Shown in pieces: positions 35,046 to 47,130 of a DNA stretch of 64,000 nucleotides (positions are counted from its first letter, which is position 1; the number at the start of each line of letters is the position of its first letter). The notes under the pieces were generated by a model, which had not been told where the DNA came from, did no database searches, and saw only the letters and a list, made by a program, of their open reading frames with translations. This stretch comes from Selaginella moellendorffii. Its lineage: Eukaryota; Plantae; Lycopodiophyta. The stretch is from NCBI RefSeq assembly GCF_000143415.4, contig NW_003314422.1, positions 1 to 64,000 of the forward strand, given 5' to 3'. The translations under genes and the position numbers were made by a program.

Positions 35046-35777
35046 TTAGATCCGGAGGAAGAAAATGCTGAGCTCCGGCGCACCACTCCCGTTGGGATTC
35101 ACCATGTAGAGCGCCTCCGAATCGTTCGATCCGACCACCCTCTCGAACTTGGCCCTCATGTACATGAGCTCCTCGCCGGGAGAGGGCGAGGGATTCTCCC
35201 CGGGAAGAACCCCCGCGCCCATGGACACCGACTGGACGAGACCCAGGACCCTGGCATCGCTAGCGCCGCAATGCCGGCTCACCGCGTAGCCCGCCTTGCG
35301 CCCATTGCAAAACATCGACCAGATCGACTCCTGGAAGAGAAACCCCCGATTGCTGCCCCCGCGCTCGCATTCCAGCGCGATTCTCAGCAGCCCCGACGAC
35401 ATCTCCCGGACCAGGCAGCTCGTCGGCGTCGCGAGCTCCAGCAGCACCACGGGCTCGGATTTGGGGTCTTCTTGGACTGCAAGGAAGACGTGACCCCGAC
35501 GATAGCCATAGAGCGTCCCGACGACGATGCTGCCCACGGATTGCTGCGAGGAGGAGGACGATCCCTGGGGAAGCGCGAGCCACTTGCAAGGGGGAAATGC
35601 CGGGATCGGCAAGAAGCTCATGAACTTCCTGAGAATGCCGCGGAGGAATCTGTTGTGCCGCCAGCCCGAGGCGTGCGATTGTTCCGGTGGCGACGCGGCG
35701 GAGGAATCGCAGTTGCTGCGCAGCGCCACCAGCGGACCGGCAGCCATTGCCGCATCTTTCTTGTACTTGGCCCCCAT
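35046..35777 (-). CDS. MIZU-KUSSEI 1-like protein (DUF617), single exon
   Basis: VGTLYGYRRGHVFLAVQEDPKSEPVVLLELATPTSCLVREMSSGLLRIALECE...WSMFCNGRKAGYA...VSMGAGVLP...ELMYMRAKFERVVGSNDSEALYMVNPNG..PELSIFFLRI. Confidence 0.95.
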   Translation of the reverse strand: MGAKYKKDAAMAAGPLVALRSNCDSSAASPPEQSHASGWRHNRFLRGILRKFMSFLPIPAFPPCKWLALPQGSSSSSQQSVGSIVVGTLYGYRRGHVFLAVQEDPKSEPVVLLELATPTSCLVREMSSGLLRIALECERGGSNRGFLFQESIWSMFCNGRKAGYAVSRHCGASDARVLGLVQSVSMGAGVLPGENPSPSPGEELMYMRAKFERVVGSNDSEALYMVNPNGSGAPELSIFFLRI

Positions 35778-36084
35778 GAAGAACCCTAAAAAAACCACTA
35801 GTAGATCGCTAGCCGTTCGTGGTTTTAAATGGCCAACGGACGGGACAATCGGACGGCTGGGATTTGTTTTACTGTAGAGACCTTGTGTGTCTAGCCGCAG
35901 TGTTTGCAAAGTGGCCGATCTAATGCTGGGAAAGAACACGCCATGGAAGGAATATTTTAAGATCCTTGTGTCACATTGGAGAGAGTTTCTTAAGCGCTAA
36001 CGCTGTCTTTAGCGAAAGATTATATCTTATGCCAAGAACCCTAAAAAATAGTTTGGAAGGGGGGAAAGGATTCTGGGGTTTTGG

Positions 36085-37137
36085 ATGCTCCGCCATGGCG
36101 CCGGGAGATCGATTGCGGCGCAGGGTTGGATTCGCAGTCGGCGAGGTATGTGCATTTGCGCCGCCAGGGCCAGCGACAGCCGCGAGCTGGTGGAATGCGT
36201 CGTCGATCCATCCGAGACGATGCATCCCGAGAGGCTGCTGCTGCTGCGGACGCGGCCATTCCTCTACAAGATCATCAACGTTCTCAACAAGCCAGAGCTC
36301 GTCCCCAGCCTCAAGGAATCGCTCAAGGTGTGGGAGGGATTCGTGGATCCGTTGCTAGTCGGGGAGGCGCTCAAGCACGTCGATAGAGGCCACGCCGCCC
36401 TCGCGTTCTTCAACTGGGCGGCGACGCAGCCGGGATTCAAGCACAGCACCTACACTTACAATTGCCTCATCCGGTGCCTGGAGCTCGCGGATTGCCAGGT
36501 GATCGTCTACGACATCTTCCAGAGGATGCTCTACATCGATCTGGCTCCCACCTCGTTCACTTTTGACGTGACGCTGCGATCGCTGGGAAGAACCGGCGAG
36601 CTGGACAAGCTCAAGGTGGTGTGGTCGGAGATGAAGAAGCTCAAGCTCTCGCCGCATCCCAGCACGTATGAGTCGATCCTCCACTGCTACTGCAAGAACG
36701 GGGAGGTCGAGGAGGCCTATAAGATCTTCTCAAGGCTGATCCAGTGGCCGGAGCCGATATGCTTCCCACACCTCTTCTACAACAAGTTTATCGGGCTCCT
36801 CACGCAGACCCACAACGTCGGGACCGCCTATCTCGTGTTCCTGGAGATGATCGAGAGTGGCTACGAGGGCAACGTCGACACGATTGGAAAGCTCGTCATC
36901 GCCCTTCACAAGGCTGGGAGGCACTTGAGCGCTTGCAAAGTCTTCGACGAGCGCGTGCGGATGTTCCAGACGGCTCTCACGGGAAGGCTGGGCGTGCCAG
37001 GGGACTCCATCGCGGATCACTATCTCTATCACGCTGAGAAGACAAAGAGGCTGTGGCGAGCGGCGGTGCTTAGCACCGATCCCAGGAAGAAGAGAAGATA
37101 TGGTGGCCCAACTTGCCTTAAGAGGCATGGATACTGA
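36085..37137 (+). CDS. P-class pentatricopeptide repeat protein, probably mitochondrial
   Basis: Arg-rich N-terminus; ALAFFNWAATQPGFKHSTYTYNCLI followed by about five 35-aa PPR-like motifs; intronless. Confidence 0.85.
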   Translation: MLRHGAGRSIAAQGWIRSRRGMCICAARASDSRELVECVVDPSETMHPERLLLLRTRPFLYKIINVLNKPELVPSLKESLKVWEGFVDPLLVGEALKHVDRGHAALAFFNWAATQPGFKHSTYTYNCLIRCLELADCQVIVYDIFQRMLYIDLAPTSFTFDVTLRSLGRTGELDKLKVVWSEMKKLKLSPHPSTYESILHCYCKNGEVEEAYKIFSRLIQWPEPICFPHLFYNKFIGLLTQTHNVGTAYLVFLEMIESGYEGNVDTIGKLVIALHKAGRHLSACKVFDERVRMFQTALTGRLGVPGDSIADHYLYHAEKTKRLWRAAVLSTDPRKKRRYGGPTCLKRHGY

Positions 37138-37234
37138 GAGTTCGAGTTGGGGCACAAAAAAGAGTTCGTGGAGATTATCAAAGATCTCGCTGTGGAGAAG
37201 AGCTCCGTCCTTCACTCTTCGAGGTCCAGCTCCA

Positions 37235-37870
37235 AGCTCCACAGCTCCAAGGGGTGCTTGGCGGTACAGAGAGCTGAGTTTCTGGGACGTGGTTCAAAGG
37301 GCAGGAGTTCCAGCCAGCTTCAATCTTCTACAGCTCCAAGGGATAGAAAGAGCAAGAGCTATGGAACAGCTCCATCCGGGAACAGGGGTGCTTGGTGATA
37401 GAAAGAGCTGTGGAGTTGATCTAACAGCTCCATCCAGGGACGTGGTTCTCATCATAAGAAAGGAGTTGCAGCCAGCTTCAACCTTCTACAACTCCCAGGG
37501 TGCTTGGCGATAGAAAGAGCTGATGGAGCTGATGGAACAGCTCCAACCAGGGACGTGATTCGGAGTTCCAGCCAGCTTCAAGCTTCTACAGCTCCCAGGG
37601 GATCAAAAGAGCTATGGAGCTGATCGAACAGCTCCATCCAGGAACAGGAGGAGTTCCATCCAGCTTCAAGCTCCCAGGGGTGCTTGGCATAGAAAGAGCT
37701 GTGGAGTTGTTCGAACAGCTCCATCCAGGGACGTGGTTCTCGCCACCAAAACGGAGGAGTTCCATCCAGCTTGAAGCTTCTACAAGCTCCCAGGGGTGCT
37801 TGGCGATAGAAAGAGCTATGGAGAGCTCTCAAAAAGGAGGAGTTCCAGCTTCAAGCATCACAGCTCCAGA
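37235..37870. repeat. Degenerate minisatellite (~90-110-bp units) with internal inverted repeats
   Basis: Recurring cagctcc(c/a)agggtgcttggcgatagaaagagct(a/g)tggagc/ttg..gaacagctccatccagg...ggagttccagccagcttcaa. Confidence 0.85.
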
Positions 37871-37941
37871 GCAAGTAAGTGGAAAGTTTTGGTGTTTTAT
37901 ATCTAGAGACCCCAGATTTCTTATGTATGTTTGGACAGGAC

Positions 37942-38602
37942 TTAGAAGATGTCTTCTGGCCGAGGAGGCTGCCATGGATCTTGTTTGCCGGTGTCCAGTG
38001 CTATTCCGAACAAGTTGGCCGGGCAACAAAAGATGAGCTCCAGCTTCTTGCTGCCGCATCCTTCGAGCTCGCCAAGCTTCATCTCTCTGGGAAGGCTGGC
38101 CAGCGGCAGCGGCGTCCACTCGCCACGCTCGCGGTTGAAGTAGTGCAGCGGCCACGACTTGCGCGCGATCTTGCTCCTCTCGCGAAACGCCGCCATGAGC
38201 TCCTCCACGCTGGGCGCCTCCCGGAAATCGATCGAGTGCCGAGTCTGGGAAACCGCCATTGCTTTCGGCGGCTTGCCGAGCAGCTTGTGTCCGGGCATGT
38301 CGATCCACAAGTCCTGTAAAGCTCCTGGAAGAAGAACAAGGTGAGAGAAAAAACCAGTGTTCTTCGCCAAAGATCCTGCTACCTCGAAGCGAGCTTTCTG
38401 GGCAATAGACTCTTCGTAGGACTTTTTGGTTGTAGAAATCGGCATCTTCGATTTCCTCTTCAAGCTCGCTCTCGATCGCCTCGAGTTTTTTTGGATCCAC
38501 CTGCGAGGTAGCGGTGCTCGGCGTCCACTTGCTCGCACGCTTCCCCGAAGATCTTGGTGCCGCGGCGCTCCACCTCTTGCAAGTACTCGTCCGACTTTTC
38601 AC
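37942..38602 (-). CDS. Hypothetical protein, two exons (38383-~38602, 37942-38324); start codon unresolved
   Basis: A 58-nt GT-AG intron joins ...EDADFYNQKVLRRVYCPESSLR|GALQDLWIDMPGHK... in frame; coding-like composition. Confidence 0.5.
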
Positions 38603-38632
38603 ATTACAAGCGCCAAAATCTCGAATATACCT

Positions 38633-38703
38633 TTAGGGTTCTAGGGTCCAACTTAAACCCTAAAGCCTAGGGTTTACCTTTATGTTAAAATGTTTTAGGG
38701 TTT
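38633..38703. promoter_or_regulatory. Telo-box cluster in a compact bidirectional promoter
   Basis: TTAGGGTT, AAACCCTAA, TAGGGTTT and TTAGGGTTT within ~70 bp upstream of the RAD4 ATG. Confidence 0.65.
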
Positions 38704-38716
38704 AAGGACTATCGCG

Positions 38717-41700
38717 ATGGAGGAGGAGAGGGGTAAGGGCATGGCGCGCTCGCGATTCCGTCCTGGGCCGATATTTCGATCTTCTCTTTTCTGCAGAGAC
38801 TCTGGCCGATGCCTCGGAGAAGGATGTGCAGCGGCTCTTGGATCGGGTGCGGGGGAAATCCAGCAAGAAAGACAGCTCTAGCGCGCCGAATTCCAGTGCG
38901 GTATGTTGTTTGCAGGGTGGAACAGGGGGGCTAATGATCGATCCGTGCCCTCGATCAGAAGCGCTGCATTTGGGACTCTTCCAGAGCTGCCGCTACCGCG
39001 TCGGTTTGTGGCGCGCCGGCGGCGGTAGCGCAGTCGCACCAGGAGATTTTGCTGGCGCGGGAGAAGAATGCGGCCGAGAAAGGCAAGATTGAAGCCCCGG
39101 AAGACGATATCGAGTGGGAAGTTGGTGATGGGAATTTCCAGTGCTTGAAAAATGGCTTAACGATAGAAGTGGAAAAGGATGTCGGTGGAAAGAAGAAAAT
39201 CACAAGGAGAGCGAACGCAAAAGACAAGGTTAGTCTCTCTTTCCTTTACGATTGTTTGTTTGTTCTTCTTTTCTTTTCTCTCAATGAGTTTAGTGTTACA
39301 GGAATTCGCGGAGCTTGTTCATAAGCTGCATCTCTTGTGTTTGCTGGCTAGAGGGAGGCTCGTGGACGCTGCCTGTGACGACACGCTACTCAAGGTTTCG
39401 AGATTGTTTTGTTTTCCAAGTGTGAGAAGTTTAAGATCTATTCTGATGCAGGGATTGGTTTATTCGCTTGTGCCAGCTCGGTTTTCTTCGTCCATCGAGC
39501 CGGAGAAAACGACTGTGTCGACTCTGACTGCTCTTGTAAGATGGGTAAGACATGTTTGTTTTGTCGGGTACTTTTGCTGCATGATTTCTTATGTCTTCTT
39601 TTGCTTTGTATCTATCAGCTCAATGGCGTGATGCAAATTGCTGTGGGATCTGTGAGTGGACCCTTGTCCGAGTTGAGTAAGGTCCTTTCCCGGCAATTTG
39701 GTTCAGAAGAAGAGGTAACATGCGTTTTCTCTCTTTTATGAACTTAGTAAATCGTTTTTAGATTGCGGCGATCACAGTGGCCATGTTCCGCGCTCTGACA
39801 TTTAAAACCAGGTTCGTTCGTGTTGGAATCCGGTTTTACTCACGAACTAAGGTGTGGCGTGACAGATATGTCTGCGTTTTGGACGTGGCTTCCATAAAGC
39901 CCGATACAGAATCGATGCTCGCTTCGGAAAACTGGGAAGAAAATATAGCGGACTCTAGAACAAAAGCAGGGAAGCTTTTCACAGATTTTAGATCTGGTGG
40001 CTCACCAGATGTTTGGACGTTGAAACGTGAAACCGAAGACTTAACAACTTCGCCAGTTTCGACATCTAAGAGCGTACTGTCCAACGACAGCCCTGAACCA
40101 TCAAAACCTCAATCAACCAGCAAAAAGAGGAATCACACGCCAACTTCAAAGCCTGCTGTCAGCAATACAGATGAGACGACTCCAGCCACTCAACAGAAAA
40201 GAAAACGAAGGGGTGATGAAGAGTTCGAGCTGGAAATGGCACGGGCAATGGCTGCGACCAGTGCAGCAGTGATATCTACACCCCAACCTGCTCCTAAAGT
40301 TGTTCAGCCCAAGCCCCCTCCGCCGGTGGTTTGGTCTCGAAAGAAAGGTCCTCTCCTGCACTGGGCAGAAGTCTTTTGTGGCGATGACAGCTCGGGAAGA
40401 TGGATTCACGTCGATGCTGCTCGAAATCTGGTCGATGACGCTGAGAAAGTCGAGGCCTCGAGCAAGCAGCCAGTTCGTTACGTCGTCGCGTTTGCTGGAT
40501 CCGGAGCAAAAGATGTGACTCGCAGGTAGATACATTTTGCTTCAAAATTCTCGCCGTCTCATCCATTTTTTCGAATTAACAGGTACACTACTTCCTGGTC
40601 CAAGATACAGGCATTGAGAGTGGACGAAGGATGGTGGAGTTCATGTCTCTCTCCTCTTAGGCGCTTGGAATCAAATGCATACGACTCACACAGAACTTCA
40701 AACGAAGGTGACCATCTAATGCTATATGTTTTAGCCTTGACGTCGTGCCACTGTCAGAAAGGAACACGAGAGAAGATATGGAGCTGGATGTGAAGTCTTT
40801 TACTGAGCCCCTACCAACAAACCAACAGGTATTCGAGCATTCCATGGGCAATCTTCTTTACCACGCGTCGTCCACAGGCGTACCGAAACCACCACTTGTA
40901 TGTCATGGAACGATGGCTGACAAGATACCAAGTGCTACATCCGAAAGGGCCCATTTTAGGCACTTGTGGTGGCAAGCCTGTTTATCCCCGGACGTGCGTT
41001 CAGGATCTTCACACCAAAGAACGGTGGCTACGAGAAGGATTTGCTGTGAGAGAAGGAGAAGAGCCCGTCAAGGTATTGTCACTCACCAGAATATCACGAC
41101 CAAATGACAATCGCTTTTGTTATTGCAGATCATAAAATCTCGTAATTTGGCCCGCAAAGTAGAGGGAGCGCCCGACGAGCCTTCTCTAGTGCTCTTGTTC
41201 GGAAAATGGCAAACCGATCCATGGCAACCTCCGCCGGCAGTGGATGGAATTGTTCCAAAAGTAAGGCCTCAATCTCTTTGTGCATCTCTGAGCGTTTGTT
41301 TTGTGGATTTAGAACGAGCGAGGCCATGTGGATGTATGGTCAGAAAAATGTATACCTCCTGGAACCGTGCACCTCGCGCTCCCGCGGGTGACCCCGGTCG
41401 TCCAGATGCTGGGGATCGACTTCGCACCGGCAATGGTCGGGTTTGAGATCCGGCAGGGACGCTCCGTACCAGTTTTCCAAGGGGTGGTAGTGTGCGTTGA
41501 ATTCAAGGACGCCATCCTACAGGTAAGCAAAATCTCGTCACACCGTTTTCAGAAGCTGATGCTGTGCGGAGAAAAACCAAAGGTGTACCGCGCGGAAGAA
41601 GAGCGAAGGGAGGCCCAGCTCCGAGAAAAGAGCGAGGCACAAGCGGCTCTACGGTGGAGGCAGCTGCTGCGTTCCATGGTGACGAGGGAGAGATTGCGAG

Positions 41701-41948
41701 CAGCGTACGAAGACAAAGGTGTGAGCAGCAGCGTCCCAGAGGCGGAGGAAGAAAAGGCCCGGGCTGCTGCTGACGATTCGAGTGCTGCTGCCAGTGATGA
41801 TCGAGCGGCGAGGAGGAGGCCCGCAAAGGCGGATGATGAGAACCACGTCCACAGCTTCCCGGACGAGTGGCAGAGCTACGACGAGGAGGCGTGCGTTCGG
41901 ATCAAGCGCTGTGGCTGTGGCTTTGAGCTGCGAGTGGAAGAAATGTAA
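38717..41948 (+). CDS. RAD4: DNA repair protein RAD4/XPC (multi-exon)
   Basis: AKDK|EFAELVHKLHLLCLLARGRLVDAACDD; HWAEVFC...WIHVDA; YVVAFAGSGAKDVTRRY; LFGKWQTDPWQPPPAVDGIVPK|NERGHVDVWSEKCIPPGTVH; IDFAPAMVGFE; C-terminal RIKRCGCGFELRVEEM*. Confidence 0.96.
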
Positions 41949-43216
41949 GGTATGTTTTCAGCTTTCAAGGATAGAATCTACAAACTTTGATGGCCTTGGA
42001 CTCTCGCCTTTTTAGAGGCATGGAGGACAATCACCAGGTAAGTTGGAGACACAGTCGTTAAGATGAATCGTTTTGGGATGTTGGGTGATGGGGGTCTTCT
42101 TGGTCCGTGCAGATAAAAGCTATTAAATCCGTGCTCGAAAACATCGCCTGAAAGCAATCGGTGGCTAAGGTCTGTGCAACAGCCTCTCTCCAAACTTTGA
42201 GCTGCCATTTTGTAGCATGAATTTTAATCCGAAGTTAGCTCATCTTATTCGTGGAAGGTGAGCAAATATTTAATTTGTTTTCCCTTTGAGAGTTAAATTG
42301 ATATTCAATTAACCCTAAATCTTGCTGGTGATCAAGGCGCTAGTGCCTGCACTCATCTTGTCAAAGGTTTGTGCGCATATCTCGTTTCACAGGCAAGCCC
42401 TGCATTGGCAAAATTGCGATCCAAGCTCTACTACTTGCACATAACCATGAAGAAGATCAGACCTAGTGTGCTCTAAATGGTTACTAAGGTACATCCACAC
42501 CAAAAGAAAAAAAAAAATATGTTGCTTCTAATAACAGTGGGAGGCTTTCTAGTTTGTGACCATCAACAAACTCTCTTAGTAATATTGCAACTATTATTAT
42601 TAAGATTTTTAGACAAAATACTGCAATTCTTATTTTGTAAAGTTTCTTTCTTTGAAATATTACCATAATAACAAAGCCAAGCTTCTAAGATTCATAAACA
42701 ACAGGACTAGTATTTTCCAGTTAACAAGAAAAGGTTGAATTAATAAGGATATTATAAATATAATAGCCTTCAAAGCACAGAATCAACCGAGCCGAGAATT
42801 TGTGAATTGCTCAACAAGCATTGAATGGCTATGATGGATCCCATCGCTGGAAACCATAGGACATGGCCATTACGCCAGAAAATCTGGTGATTAGAGCAAG
42901 TTCATCAAATGTCTAAGTAAGCATTAACATTTAAGCACGAGGAATCTCGCAAAGTTTTGCCGCACTCAAATTTTTCTTTTGAGATACTTCTTCTCTTTAT
43001 TCCTTTCTGGCCAAATGGAATCTTTTCCTTTTCTCTTTTTAAAGGTATTCTAAAAATTATCCTTCGAAGCATTACGTGGGATTGAAGCAAAGGTGATTTA
43101 CAAATAGCACGCCATAGCTCCCATCGGATGCTGCTACACACAGTTCCTCTCGCTCCATACGCGAAGTTCCGCTCCCCCTCATCAGCGCGTGATCTTTTTT
43201 CTTGTGCGAACAGACG

Positions 43217-43498
43217 ATGAATATCGGCATAGGGATAGCGCTTACTGCTGCTGCTGCGGTTGCAACACCCGCCGTAGTTTCTGCGGGCATCGCAGCTGCT
43301 GGTTTCGCGGGGGCGGGGATCACCGCCGGATCAGCAGCGGCGAGTATCATGAGTCTTTATGGTGGTGCTGTTCCTGCGGGAAGTCTGTTCGCCATTCTCC
43401 AGTCTGTAGGCGCTGCCGGCCTTTCCACTACCGCTGCAACTGTAGCCTCTGCTGTGGGTAGTGGCGTTACTGCCGCTTGCATCGCGTACGTATTCTGA
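43217..43498 (+). CDS. Small Gly/Ala-rich membrane protein of the IFI6/IFI27 (Ifi-6-16) family, 93 aa
   Basis: AAGFAGAGITAGSAAASIMSLYGGAVPAGSLFAILQSVGAAG follows the family signature GFxxxGIxAGSxAAxxMS...GGxVxAGSLxAxLQSxGA. Confidence 0.8.
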   Translation: MNIGIGIALTAAAAVATPAVVSAGIAAAGFAGAGITAGSAAASIMSLYGGAVPAGSLFAILQSVGAAGLSTTAATVASAVGSGVTAACIAYVF

Positions 43499-45550
43499 AA
43501 AATTCCACTATGGAGCTTTGTGTATTTACAGTAAAAGTATGATAACGTTTAAGAAATTCATGACTTGTGAGCGTGGCTCTCTGACGATTATCGCCATATC
43601 TCGACGATATTGCCATCCCCACTGGAGGTAAGTCCCAGGTAAGTAGAGTTCTCTATTTTTCCAAGGCTTTTGCTTGTCGATATGTACATCAACTGACCGA
43701 ACGAATGGCCAAACTGTGTTGCGGGGCATCATTTTTTTTGTTTTTTTTCCCTCTTGTTTTCGTTCTAAGATTGATTCGCGCAGGTAGGAGAAACCGAGAT
43801 GAAAGAAGCTTAAACGCAACAAAGCTAACAGGCCCAAGATCTGCTGCTGGTGATGCCCCCTCCAAAGTTCATGGCAGCGGCAAGGGCATCGATGTTGCTG
43901 AGAAGGACTCGGCACTCTGCCAGTCACTGGAGACCGGGGGCGAGGTCGGGCTGCAAGATCAAGCTCAGGATGTCAGGCCGGAACGTTCTCATCAACTTCT
44001 GGGTACTTTTGTGCCAGCTTCAGTGTCTGATTGGATGCACGACGTTCAACTACACCTTGAGGCTCTTCTGCATTGGATTCACCAAGCGGAGGCCGAAGAA
44101 AACTTGCTACGCTCTGTCAAATTAGATCACGGTCAGAGTTCAATGCGGCCGGGTGCTCGGGCATCGGGATTTGCAATCATCGCAATCATCGCAGGAGGAC
44201 GAGGATGCTCTCTCGCAGGGAATGGAGGCTCCGTCCAAGCTCCGAGCTCAGACCACGCTCCATATGCATGTCCTTCCACGCCCTCTCTTCCAGGTTAAAT
44301 CCAAAGCTCTTGCTCCAAGCTCCAAACTCCAAAGACGATCATCAAAACTGGTACGTAGCTCTGCGTCCTTTTCATCTTTCCAATACTTCCACATCCTCTA
44401 CACTCCATGCTCCATCCATGCTCCAAGCTTTCATGATCCCAGCTCCAGCCTTGGTCCTTGCTCCAATCCTTGTGCTCCAAGTCACGCTCTGCTCCATGCT
44501 CCATGGCGTTGCCACTCTTGATTGGAACTGTTCCTCACTGGCAATATCAATGGATTGGGCTGGCATGTCAATCTGGATCATGTAAAACTTCTGATTAAAT
44601 AAGAAACTAGCTAGTGTTAGCTTGTGGCTGATTTGAGCCGAAGATGAGCATTGACTTTCGTTGGAATGGGGTTTTGATGTCTTACCGAGTCAACGCAAAT
44701 TGATCACGGTTTATCTTACTAATTCGAAGAAAGATTTATAGAAATGGCTTTATTGTGTTTTGAACTTGAAGGAACCAGCTGGCCTGACACAAAGTAGTAA
44801 AAGTATAGTATCATCTGTTCTGTGGTAGCCTGGCAGGCTGGCTAGGATAAATAGGTGGTAAATGTAGTTGTTTGTGTGTGGTAAAGTAAGTATGAGCTGG
44901 ACTGGACACTGAACTGATGGCATGGATGGGAGAGAGATTGATTTCCGATTTTGATTGATCGTATAGTTTGTGACTCATGATTCCGGAGCTACGTACGTAG
45001 CAAACGGCCCCTACGTAGCCGTAGAGAGAGAGCTATACATATAATGCTTTGAGAAGCGAGCTCCAGGAGGAGCGGTCGTTGTCTCCCTGGAAATTTTGAT
45101 TCTTCCGTTTCGTCGTCTCGGACGGAGCAAAAGATAGGCATGTCGATGGTCGAATCCCAACAGACAAAAGCAAAAAACAATTCAAAAAAAAAGAGAAACT
45201 TTTGTATTTTTCAATTTTTTCCTAAGAAAACACATTTGCAAATGTTGGAAAAGAGAGACTGATTTTCCAGCCTAAAAGTGAAGCACTGGCACGCAGCCAG
45301 GGGATGTGAGAATCACTCACTCGAGCGCCCAATTCTCTTCTCACGTGTTCTGCGTTGCTCTGCTCTACTGTGGCTTTCGATTCAAGCTACCTTTGAAACG
45401 CTACGTACCCCGCTATAAAACCTTCCTGGAGGAAGGAGAGAACAAATAGATTCATAGGCCTTTGTTTTGGGCGATCGAAACTCTCGATCGATCGAGTTGG
45501 TTCTCTCCTGTTCTTGTCAATCAAAATCGAGTTCTTTGTAGTGCATAGAG

Positions 45551-46647
45551 ATGGGGCGTCTCTTTGTGCTTGGATTCGTGGTAGTTCTCGCTGCTTCTTC
45601 ACTGGCAGCAACCGTGAACAAGAACTTCAACACCGACTTCGCGGTGACCTGGTCGCCGGATCACGTCAACACTCTCTTGGGTGGTAGTGCTCTCCAGCTC
45701 CGGCTCGACAATTCATCTGGTAGAGAAAAGAGATCCTCTCACATTTTTCTTCCTTTTATTGATCTCACCGTCTCGATTGGAATCCTCTGATTGTTAGGAT
45801 CTGGATTTGCATCGAAGGGCCAGTTCCTGTTTGGAAAGATCAGCATGGACATGAAGCTAGTTCCGGGAGACTCGGCCGGAACAGTCACAGCATACTACGT
45901 AAGTTCCACATCACGATTCACGATTCACGATTCGATCTTGAGAGCATTTCGATCTGGATCTAACATAGCATTTGCTTTTCTGTTTTCTTGCAGCTCACAT
46001 CGGGCCAAACACCCAATCGAGACGAGCTCGACTTCGAGTTCCTGGGAAACGTTTCCGGCGAGCCATACATTCTCCAAACCAACATATACTCCAATGGAGT
46101 TGGAGCGAGAGAGCAGCGGATCTTCCTCTGGTTTGATCCCACCACAAGCTTCCACTCCTACTCGGTGCTCTGGAACCAGCACCAGATCGTGTAAGCAAGA
46201 CGAAAATCTCTTCTTTCTCTTCTCTCGAGCTCAAAGTTCCTTCCTTGGCACAGATTCCTGGTGGATGAAATCCCGATTCGCGTCTTCCGCAACAACGAGG
46301 CCAAAGGCGTCGCGTTTCCGTCCAAGCAATCCATGGGTGCTTTCTCGAGCATCTGGAACGGGGATCAGTGGGCTACTCGCGGAGGGGTCGTCAAGATCGA
46401 CTGGAGCAAAGCTCCGTTCGTCGCGTCGTATCGAAACTTTGCGGTGGACGCTTGCGAGTCGGGTAAGGTTGAGGCGTGCTCGGCCATGGCCAGTTCCGCG
46501 TGGTGGAACGAGGAACGCTACCGCTCGCTCAACCGGAACCAGCGCCACAGGCTCAAGTGGGTCCAGAAAAACTACATGGTTTACGACTACTGCATCGACA
46601 CCTCGCGCTATCCCACGCCTCCGGCCGAATGCAAGGATGCTTTCTAG
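45551..46647 (+). CDS. XTH: Xyloglucan endotransglucosylase/hydrolase (GH16); exons 45551-45719, 45798-45898, 45994-46190, 46254-46647
   Basis: Signal peptide, [12 protein letters not shown], catalytic [38 protein letters not shown]. Confidence 0.97.
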
Positions 46648-46724
46648 GACTGGTGCATGGTGGCTTCCATTCTTGGACACGGCTGAAGCTCTGGGCTGTA
46701 TCGAAATCGGGTGAGCTCCATTTC

Positions 46725-47130
46725 GTCCTCGGGTGGCAAGTTTACATTCCAAAGTTGCTTTGTACATTTTGTTATTTCATTTGTGAAGTTGATTCTGCTC
46801 TGAAGCTCAAACTTGATTTCAAAATTCAAAAGTTTCCATATTCTTTGTACATTTTCATGCATTTTGTTACTTTGTTATTGTGTTGAACCTGTTCTTGGGT
46901 GGCAAGTTCAAAATTCAAGAGTTTCTTTGTACATTTTCTTATTTCCTGAATTTCAAGCTGTTCTTTAGTGGGAACAAAAGTTTCTTTGTGCATTTTTTTA
47001 TTTCCTAGGAAACTCAGAAACTTTGAACCTGTTGTTCAGTGGCAACTTTAAATTTTCAAAAGTTTCTTTGTACATTTTGTTATTCCAGGGTGAACTCTGA
47101 AGATGAACCTGTTCTTGAGTGGCAACTTCA
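46725..47130. repeat. Degenerate tandem repeat (~60-80-bp units) between the convergent XTH and ET 3' ends
   Basis: Recurring gaacctgttctt(g/c)(g/a)gtggcaa...aagtttctttgtacatttt(g/c)ttatttc, about 6 copies. Confidence 0.75.

Noticed and set aside
35260-37513. Numerous long antisense or alternate-frame ORFs over MIZ1-like and PPR genes
   Set aside because: Shadow ORFs expected from GC-rich coding sequence.
37235-37870. Palindromic repeats resembling a CRISPR array
   Set aside because: Eukaryotic context, degenerate units, no unique spacers and no cas genes.
43705-44585. Overlapping ORFs of 197, 91 and 170 aa
   Set aside because: No recognisable motif or consistent splice model; left unannotated.
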